Source: a virus (Duplodnaviria; Caudoviricetes). From it: DNA of 64,000 nt. Position numbers and translations under genes: made by a program. This document shows positions 57,128-64,000 of this stretch, piece by piece. The stretch lies in the IMG/VR virus record IMGVR_UViG_3300042508_000526, one strand, 5' to 3'. The number at the start of each line of letters is the position of its first letter. Positions within the stretch are counted from its first letter, which is position 1. A model generated the notes under the pieces. That model was given only the letters and a program-made list of their open reading frames with translations. It was not told the DNA's origin and searched no databases.

Positions 57128-58513
57128 TCAGTAAGAGCCGCCATCAAGCGTAGACTCACTGCTAAGGAGCGTGCAAGAAGAAATACCTGAACCGTGATCC
57201 GGCAGCGAGTAAGTGCGGCTAGCGGTTAAAACAGCTGTATCTAGTGTTGCGCTAAAGCTGCCGGTTCCGCCGGCACGGCCACGAACAATAATAGCGTCAT
57301 TAGTAGCCGCCTGCCGAAAAGTCTGACCACTTGCGTTCGTGAACGTATTAGCGCCAGTGAACGCATTGTTAATGCTCAGACCGGCAACAGTCGTGCTGCT
57401 CGCCGGAAACGTCATCGTTGTTGAGTCGGTGCCGGCGAAGGTCAGTGTGTTATTGACCGTGATAACCTTGGACGCCGCCACTACGAGCGGGCTATCGGCC
57501 GACGTAACGCGACCATACGTGTCGACGTTTACGCGCGTATAAGCAGTGCCGGCAGTCACGCCAGATGTTGCGAGGTCAATGTCGTTGGCATTGACGACGA
57601 TGCGAGTCGCGCTGGCTGTGCCAACATTCAGCACGTTGCCAGACTGGGCTAAACCAGCGCCGGCCATGATATTGCCGGCAAAAGAAAACAGCGCAAACGT
57701 AAGCGCCGTCGAACCTAGCGTGATCGCTCCGCTATTTGACAGCACCCAGCCGCTCGCCGCGTTCGTAGTGCCTTCTTCGACGAACGTGAACATGCCCGGC
57801 GTGACTTCAGTGTTGCTGTCAGCGTCGGTGGCCCTCGTCGGGGCAGCAGCGGCGTTGACCACATAAATACCGTTCTCAGCCCCATTAGTTTGATTTTTGA
57901 TTAAAATACGGTCGCCGGTTGCCAGCGTTATACCATCTACCGTCTGGCCGGCAGTAAAAGTTCCGAGCGTTCCGGCTGCAGTAGTCGCAACGCGAACACT
58001 CGCTTTGACGTCTAACCCAGACCGCGCCGCATCGACATATGCTTTTGTGGCAGCGTCTTGCGCGCTTGTCGGATCGGCTACATTTTGAATCCGCTGATTG
58101 TTCAGCAGCGCGCCACCCGAGAGCGTTGTTGCGCCGGTGACACCAAGTGTGCCGCCAATCGTGGCGTTATTGGTAACGGCCAAACCGGTGCCAGACGCCG
58201 TCAGATCAAGCTTGCCCGCAATCGAATGCGTGCCAGTACCGGTAACGCTGAGTGTGCCGCTTACCGAGACGGTATTGCTAAACGTATACGCGCCGGCGGC
58301 AGTCTGCGTGGCGCCGCTCGCAATCGCGAGGAAGGCACCGTCACCACCGATAGCAATGGCGTTGATCGGCGAGGTTCCCGCGGTCGACTCGCCGATATAG
58401 AGAACGTTATTGACCTCGTTAAAGGCCAGCTCCGACATAACGAGACCAGACGGCGCGCCGGATAGATTACCACCAGCGTTTGTCCGGCGCTTGATTTGAA
58501 TCGTATTGGGCAT
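57128..58513 (-). CDS. tail fibre protein
   Basis: IQIKRR start; DAATKAYVD; DRILIKNQ...ENGIY; LDGGSY end. Confidence 0.8.
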   Translation of the reverse strand: MPNTIQIKRRTNAGGNLSGAPSGLVMSELAFNEVNNVLYIGESTAGTSPINAIAIGGDGAFLAIASGATQTAAGAYTFSNTVSVSGTLSVTGTGTHSIAGKLDLTASGTGLAVTNNATIGGTLGVTGATTLSGGALLNNQRIQNVADPTSAQDAATKAYVDAARSGLDVKASVRVATTAAGTLGTFTAGQTVDGITLATGDRILIKNQTNGAENGIYVVNAAAAPTRATDADSNTEVTPGMFTFVEEGTTNAASGWVLSNSGAITLGSTALTFALFSFAGNIMAGAGLAQSGNVLNVGTASATRIVVNANDIDLATSGVTAGTAYTRVNVDTYGRVTSADSPLVVAASKVITVNNTLTFAGTDSTTMTFPASSTTVAGLSINNAFTGANTFTNASGQTFRQAATNDAIIVRGRAGGTGSFSATLDTAVLTASRTYSLPDHGSGISSCTLLSSESTLDGGSY

Positions 58514-58524
58514 GAGTCACTCCG

Positions 58525-58959
58525 TTAAAAACTGCCGCCGTCTAAGGCATTTGTAGAGGGGATTCCTGACGCCAAAAGCTCAACCCAGTTACCGACTATC
58601 GTAGCTGGCGCAGCTGCAAGTATAAAGCTTTTACTTAGATCTGCGCGCACCGCCACGTCGCCTACTTCTGCGGTTAAAGCTACCATTTCAGCCTGCGAGT
58701 TTACCACAAAAGTATCATTAATCGCAATTGCGGGAATTTGCACGGCGGGGATCTTACCTGTGCCCGCTTCAAGTGTGGCAACGCCGCCAGCTATACCTTT
58801 TTCGGCTTGAGTTACAGCGTTTAGGGTAGACAACATTGCCGCAACAGTTGTACGTTTTGTAGCTAAATTATTAGGGTTATCGGCGTCTACAATTGGCAAT
58901 ATATCGGACGACGCCGGAATGGTTTTAATCGGCAGTGCAGAGATTTTTTTGTTAGACAT
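58525..58959 (-). CDS. small structural protein
   Basis: KKISALP start; GVATL..GKIP; GDVAVRAD; LDGGSF end. Confidence 0.75.
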   Translation of the reverse strand: MSNKKISALPIKTIPASSDILPIVDADNPNNLATKRTTVAAMLSTLNAVTQAEKGIAGGVATLEAGTGKIPAVQIPAIAINDTFVVNSQAEMVALTAEVGDVAVRADLSKSFILAAAPATIVGNWVELLASGIPSTNALDGGSF

Positions 58960-58970
58960 GGCGCGACCTG

Positions 58971-59276
58971 TTAATAAATGTTGTTATCCTCGTCGTCGCG
59001 CTCATAATGCGGCTTGCGCTTTTTTGCGGTTTTATTGCCGTCGAGTTCATCGGCTGCTCGCGTAAGCCATTTAGCGAGCTTCCGGGCGTCGTTCGGCGAT
59101 AGTAACGGAAGCTGGGCCCCATAAGCGTCTACGACGATACCCGATTCTGTATAGCCACCCGCGTCCCAGTCACCGGCCTGAAAACTGACCGTCGGCGTAT
59201 CGTCTGCCGGTATGCTGGCTGGGGTCGCGTTCTTAAATTCTATGTGATCGGGTTTGTTAACAACAACTGTGGCCAC
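58971..59276 (-). CDS. hypothetical protein
   Basis: ORF track; GGAG RBS. Confidence 0.65.
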   Translation of the reverse strand: MATVVVNKPDHIEFKNATPASIPADDTPTVSFQAGDWDAGGYTESGIVVDAYGAQLPLLSPNDARKLAKWLTRAADELDGNKTAKKRKPHYERDDEDNNIY

Positions 59277-59281
59277 GTAAT

Positions 59282-59548
59282 TTACTCCTGCCGCATATCG
59301 TCAAAAATAACCGGCGTGTTTTCGCCGGCACGTAGAGCAAAAAATTTGCACGCGTAGTACTCGTTAGCGTCTTCGGTCGAAAAACCGTCGGCTAACAGTT
59401 TTTCATATATTTTGGCCCGACTGTACACGGGCACTGGATCTGCGCCGCCAACATAGCCAAGACCAACAATGGCCTCGTTCATGTTGTCAAAAAATACAGC
59501 CTCCGGATTTAAGTCCGACAGCTCGTTAATGAAGTGTTGTGGTGTCAT
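59282..59548 (-). CDS. conserved phage hypothetical protein
   Basis: FDNMNEAIVG...VYSRAKI...EDANEY. Confidence 0.7.
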   Translation of the reverse strand: MTPQHFINELSDLNPEAVFFDNMNEAIVGLGYVGGADPVPVYSRAKIYEKLLADGFSTEDANEYYACKFFALRAGENTPVIFDDMRQE

Positions 59549-60045
59549 TGCAGAACTCCGTTTTGGATATCATTTAAAAACAGCACAGCAATCTCGCTGG
59601 CTCTACGGTAACCTTCACGCACGCCGCTCTGAAATTGCAGCTCCCCGGCCGGCGCACTTTTCGTCGGCAGGTCGGCAATAGTCGCGAGCGCCGCAATAAA
59701 CTTGTTACGCAATTTTCGATATTCCGCAGAATTTACTATAGCGCCGCGCTCTATGCTGTTTGTTGGCGCTACGATGTTTGACGCTAAGGGTGCAGCCGCG
59801 CATAAACGTTTAAGTGATTTTGTAATACACGTCAGCGAGTTGAAGTCTACAAAAGTCTGCGGCGTATTTGGCACGTACCGCTGCGCTAACTCATGTAAAA
59901 GTATACATAATTCACGCAACTCTTCTTTAATGCCCGCGTCCCCCGAAAGCTCAGCTTCTTTTCTCTCGGCGCGATGTTTTACGGCCTGAACAAAACCTTG
60001 ACGATTCTTTTGCCGTGCAAGCATTTCGGGCGATAGCGATATCAC
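59545..60045 (-). CDS. hypothetical protein
   Basis: ORF track; ATGA overlaps with neighbours. Confidence 0.65.
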   Translation of the reverse strand: MISLSPEMLARQKNRQGFVQAVKHRAERKEAELSGDAGIKEELRELCILLHELAQRYVPNTPQTFVDFNSLTCITKSLKRLCAAAPLASNIVAPTNSIERGAIVNSAEYRKLRNKFIAALATIADLPTKSAPAGELQFQSGVREGYRRASEIAVLFLNDIQNGVLQ

Positions 60046-60665
60046 TGAGGAATCCTTTCCTGTTGGGACCGAAGACTAGAGAACAACTCGTACACCTCGC
60101 TGTGTGTCATTTCCACGGGTTGTAGCGCGTTGATCACGTGCAGACGGGCGGCGGCTAGCTCGTGCCCGGAGAAGCGCATATAGGCCGCGCGCATCCGTTT
60201 ACGGTCTTCTAGGCTGCGGCGCTCATATCGGTCTCGCGGCTGGCCGACCCGCGTGGCAGCGGTTTCAGGATCTAAATCCAACAGCACGCACAGATCCGGC
60301 GAAACATTGGACGTACCTTTAAATATCTGAAGAATCAGGTCTGGATCAACGCCATTGATCTCGCCCTGATAAACCAGCGTCGACAGCAGCCAGCGATCGC
60401 AAATAATGACTTTACCGGCAGCCTGCTGCTCCAAAATGTACGCTGCCAACTCGGCTCTAGCAGCAGAAAAAAGAAGCATCTGCGCCATAACAGAGATAGG
60501 CGCGTCGTTATGCAGCAAGATTTGACGAATAGCCGTCCCGATTTTTGTCGTCCCGGGATCGGCTACTAGTTCTACGGCAACGTTTTCTTTTTGAAGACGT
60601 TGCGCGAGCATACGAGCCTGCGTTGTTTTGCCGGCGCCGTCAATGCCCTCGAAACAAACAAACAC
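60042..60665 (-). CDS. tmk: thymidylate kinase
   Basis: FEGIDGAGKTTQ, LFSAAR, CDRW..ST..YQG. Confidence 0.95.
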   Translation of the reverse strand: MFVCFEGIDGAGKTTQARMLAQRLQKENVAVELVADPGTTKIGTAIRQILLHNDAPISVMAQMLLFSAARAELAAYILEQQAAGKVIICDRWLLSTLVYQGEINGVDPDLILQIFKGTSNVSPDLCVLLDLDPETAATRVGQPRDRYERRSLEDRKRMRAAYMRFSGHELAAARLHVINALQPVEMTHSEVYELFSSLRSQQERIPQ

Positions 60666-60674
60666 GAAAAGCTC

Positions 60675-60989
60675 CTATACCCGGCCAGTAATAGCAACGC
60701 TTGGAGAATCACCGACGATGGGCTTACTGATTTTATTAGCCGTACCTGTGATCGGCATTTCTCCTGCAACCGACACAGCGCCCGCATCAGGCGTTAGCAG
60801 TAACAGCTCCTGCCCGTCAGCAAATCGAAGCGCGATGCCGTTTGTGGTGTGCCCGATGCCCACCAGCCCGCGGGATGATAACCACGTCGTAGCGTAATCG
60901 CAAAACGTTTTTACCGAGCCGGTTTCCATGTCAGGGTTGCCGGCGGTAAAGTCTTCAAGAATTTTGGTCAACACTTCGCTTGCGGGCAT
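60675..60989 (-). CDS. hypothetical protein
   Basis: likely start MPASEV. Confidence 0.6.
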   Translation of the reverse strand: MPASEVLTKILEDFTAGNPDMETGSVKTFCDYATTWLSSRGLVGIGHTTNGIALRFADGQELLLLTPDAGAVSVAGEMPITGTANKISKPIVGDSPSVAITGRV

Positions 60990-61710
60990 AACGCACTTCT
61001 TTCTTCTTTTTGGGTTGAACCTTTTCTTCTTCCGCGGCTTTTGCGCGTATACCGGTTGTATTCTGCGCCACGATTTTGTCAAGTTTCGCCTTTTGTCGAC
61101 ACGCTTTTATCGCCTGACTTATGTCCGTTAATTTGTTGCGTGCGGCGTGCACATACAGCCGCAACATGTAGTAGCGGCTGGCTGCATGAATAGCAAGCAA
61201 ATCACCATCAAGCTGCGTTAGTAATTTCTTCGCGCGCGGAATGGCTGGCATGCCGTATTTGGCTATCGCCTTGAGCGTGTCTTGCGCTGTGCAGATAATA
61301 TCCGCAACCACGATGATTTGAGCGCCAACCGGACTTTGACTTAACCGCCCGCGGAACTCCATATCACGTTTAGTCTCTACAAGCCTGAAGTCGCGACTAA
61401 TGTCTGCGACCATAGCGGCAATCTGTACGGTTGCTATCTCGGCGATATTTTCAAAAGCACACGCGCGCACATTTAATACGTCGTGGAGCAGGGCGCCCTG
61501 TGCAATGGCGTCAATATGCTCTTTTGCGTCATCCGGCAAAATATCAACGCGCATGTCCTGATAAAGCTTTTGCGCGATCAGCTCAGCCTGCGCTGAAACT
61601 AGTTTTGCGTGAGTCAACAAATTTACGCCAAAGTTTGTAACCTGATCTGCGTAATGTTGCGTGGCAAACTCTAGTGTTTTTTGATATGAAAGCTCGTCTG
61701 CTTTTTTCAT
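60955..61710 (-). CDS. HD-domain protein, divergent SpoT/Mesh1 (small alarmone hydrolase)-like
   Basis: LEFATQHY..Q, THAKLV, ALLHDV, IVVADII; the usual EDT is replaced by NVR. Confidence 0.65.
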   Translation of the reverse strand: MKKADELSYQKTLEFATQHYADQVTNFGVNLLTHAKLVSAQAELIAQKLYQDMRVDILPDDAKEHIDAIAQGALLHDVLNVRACAFENIAEIATVQIAAMVADISRDFRLVETKRDMEFRGRLSQSPVGAQIIVVADIICTAQDTLKAIAKYGMPAIPRAKKLLTQLDGDLLAIHAASRYYMLRLYVHAARNKLTDISQAIKACRQKAKLDKIVAQNTTGIRAKAAEEEKVQPKKKKEVRYARKRSVDQNS

Positions 61711-61728
61711 GGCATCTCCATATGCCCA

Positions 61729-62772
61729 TCAAACAAGCTTCAACAACGTTTGCCAGCCAAGATCGAAAGACTTTCGACGCGCGGCCAAGTTGTAGTTCAC
61801 TCGTTTATTTAGGTTGTCAATGTGAATGGGTTCAGCAATCATTGTCTGCAATACAGTCATTAAACGTTCGTAGTCCGGCGCCGCGTGGGGCACGCCGTTT
61901 TCGTCGTAATCTACCCGCGTTTTAACAAGTACGCCATTGGCGTCCTGATAAATAAAGTCAACTTGCGGCGACAGCGCAAACGACAGAACAGGCGTGCCGC
62001 AAGTAATTGACGTCAACCCGCACAAACCGTAGTTGTCGCACTCGGCCGGGAGCAGCGTGATATCGTGCGCTGTGTACATCGCAGGCCGCTTGCTTAACGG
62101 CGTATTACGGATCAGCTTCACGCGGCCGTTCGTTCTGCGGCTGAGCCGTTGGAAAAATTTGGCGACGGACGGCGCGAATCGGCTAGACGTAATCGCAACA
62201 GTGAGCTGCGCTTCCGGCATACGTTCAAATATGTAACTAACGAACGCTAGAAACTGACTATTAGCGCAGCGCGCATTACGGTCAAACCACGGCAAAAAAA
62301 CTTTGATCTGCTTGTGGTTTACTGATTTTGTTTTTTTTACAACCGGCAATCCGGTATCGAACGGAATCATCGTAACGTGTTTGATCTTGTAAATCTTGCC
62401 AAACAGCTCGCGGGCTTCGGCTGTCATGGCAATCACGTGATCAACACGCTGCATAACCTTGCGAAAAGGTCGTACAAGATCTTGCCACATAGGCACGATG
62501 ATCGTGCGAATGCCGAGGCGCTTCGTGTAATTCAGCGTGTCCATTTTGGGCGGATGCGTCCAGATAATCGTCGTGTAGTCTTTGGCCCACGATGAGTATC
62601 GCCGCTTTTTCTTGTGGCACACTACACCATCATGCGCCACGCGTAGCTTTGCCGGATCGGTATCGGAATAGATGCCATACTCTACGCCTGACGCGCGTAA
62701 AAAATCGGCTAGCCTAATAGTAAAATACGCCTCATCGCAGTGGGCGTAATGTGTGTATATGCCAATTCGCAT
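61729..62772 (-). CDS. glycosyltransferase (GT-B)
   Basis: ECDNYGLCGLTSITCGTPVLSF resembles the GT4 EX7E region. Confidence 0.75.
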   Translation of the reverse strand: MRIGIYTHYAHCDEAYFTIRLADFLRASGVEYGIYSDTDPAKLRVAHDGVVCHKKKRRYSSWAKDYTTIIWTHPPKMDTLNYTKRLGIRTIIVPMWQDLVRPFRKVMQRVDHVIAMTAEARELFGKIYKIKHVTMIPFDTGLPVVKKTKSVNHKQIKVFLPWFDRNARCANSQFLAFVSYIFERMPEAQLTVAITSSRFAPSVAKFFQRLSRRTNGRVKLIRNTPLSKRPAMYTAHDITLLPAECDNYGLCGLTSITCGTPVLSFALSPQVDFIYQDANGVLVKTRVDYDENGVPHAAPDYERLMTVLQTMIAEPIHIDNLNKRVNYNLAARRKSFDLGWQTLLKLV

Positions 62773-62778
62773 TGACTA

Positions 62779-64000
62779 TTAAGCCGGCGGCTGCCCCTGT
62801 CCATACTGCTGCGCCATAACCATAGCGCCGCCCTGCGACCGGGCCTGTTGTCGAATATCATCAATAATGCTTGTAACGAGCGCGTGCATCGTCGAGTCAG
62901 CGCGCTTCAGTTTGATTAGCTCGCCGTCCTTGATCGACTCCGGCATGCTGAGCAGCTGGTTCGCGATAAGCTGTGCTTGCTGCTGCAGATCTTCCGGCGT
63001 GCGCGGTACGTTTGGTGAGTTTTGCCGCTGGGACAGGAACTGATCGACTGGGCTTGGCTGCTGACCCGGCATACCGCCAGCCGGTGGCGCGGCAGGCGCA
63101 GCGCCGCCTTGCGCCGGCGGCTGACCTGTAGCGCTTGCACCGGGATCGCCGGCACCCATCATCATGTCCGGCGACTGGCTCAACGACTTCATCGTCTGCG
63201 CCTGCTGCATTTCAAGCTGCATGCGCTCTTGCTCTTCCGCGTAAATCTTTTCCTCTTCGAGCATCTGCTTGACTTCGTCTTGGTAGTCGAGGCCGACGCT
63301 CTTGAGACCCGTACGCTTGCTGATCTGCTGCCCCTGCATGAGCTGAAGCTTAGCCATCTGCCGGTTAAGGTCGTCCGCGTGCGTGACCCGGATAAGCTTC
63401 GCGCTCACAGGCTGCCACGACATCACACGAGAAAGCTGCCCAACCAGCTCGTTTAAAAATATGTTTAGGTTGTGCGGCAAATGACTCCAGTTTGCTTCAA
63501 ATAAGCGCAAAGCCGCAGGCGCCGCTTGGAACGACAATGTGCCGCTGAACAGTTCTACAGGCATGCCAATACATTTCAGCAGCGTATCTAGCCCTTGCTC
63601 GATGAGATCGCGCGGGGCCAACTGCGACGCGTCGCCGCCTAGTGCCTGATAGTTAACCGGAAACGGCAAGACGTTCCAGCGCGCCGGATCTGTGCGGCGC
63701 GCACGAATCATCGCATTGACGCGAGACGTAAAGCTAGACAGGTTGATCGTGTGTACCGGGTCTGACGACTGGCCGTCACCGCCGCGCGGCATGGGAGTTA
63801 CAACACGGAAAGGAATGATGTAGTCCAGCGCAATCGCCTCGTTGTAGCGCTGCATGATCTGGTAGTACCATGCCTGCCTAAAGTTAGACAGCACGCGAGA
63901 GATACCCCAGCCGCGGTTACGCATGCCAGAGAGCGCGTCTTCTTTCAAGTGAAAGACAACACCCTTATCAAACATCAGATTCTGGCCGTTCTTGACCGCT
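62779..64000 (-). CDS. portal-like protein (5' end outside the window)
   Basis: frame open to the window edge; YNEAIALDYIIPFRV...GMPVEL..G.LS; Gln/Pro-rich tail. Confidence 0.55.
   Translation of the reverse strand, partial: AVKNGQNLMFDKGVVFHLKEDALSGMRNRGWGISRVLSNFRQAWYYQIMQRYNEAIALDYIIPFRVVTPMPRGGDGQSSDPVHTINLSSFTSRVNAMIRARRTDPARWNVLPFPVNYQALGGDASQLAPRDLIEQGLDTLLKCIGMPVELFSGTLSFQAAPAALRLFEANWSHLPHNLNIFLNELVGQLSRVMSWQPVSAKLIRVTHADDLNRQMAKLQLMQGQQISKRTGLKSVGLDYQDEVKQMLEEEKIYAEEQERMQLEMQQAQTMKSLSQSPDMMMGAGDPGASATGQPPAQGGAAPAAPPAGGMPGQQPSPVDQFLSQRQNSPNVPRTPEDLQQQAQLIANQLLSMPESIKDGELIKLKRADSTMHALVTSIIDDIRQQARSQGGAMVMAQQYGQGQPPA

Overview
This is a 64-kb segment of a large tailed-phage (jumbo-like) genome. 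Almost everything is encoded on the minus strand, and the style of several secreted proteins tentatively suggests a Planctomycetota host. From left to right: (1) 1-4.8 kb: metabolic and nuclease genes (HAD, PD-(D/E)XK, ferritin-like, glycosyltransferase, PhoH). (2) 4.8-22.5 kb: Gly/Ala-rich proteins sharing a P-x-E/Q-F-G...K-x-A leader and internal K-x-A linkers, including two apparent polyproteins, one with NTase + SNF2 helicase and one with acylphosphatase-like + RelA/SpoT synthetase-like modules. (3) 17-34 kb: small cassettes driven by a conserved CTAAAT-N17-YATAT promoter, containing three large structured ncRNA candidates (about 575, 760 and 250-340 nt), tmRNA, six U34 tRNAs, two S4-domain proteins and an acid-ceramidase-like hydrolase. 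(4) 36-59 kb: tail-fibre and adhesin block (collagen-like, LamG-like, Mtd-N, RCC1, protease-tipped fibre). (5) 59-64 kb: tmk, a degenerate HD/SpoT-like hydrolase, a glycosyltransferase and a truncated portal-like gene. The best novelty candidates are the K-x-A leader/polyprotein cargo system and the cluster of large ornate ncRNAs. All family assignments come from manual motif reading; no database searches were run.
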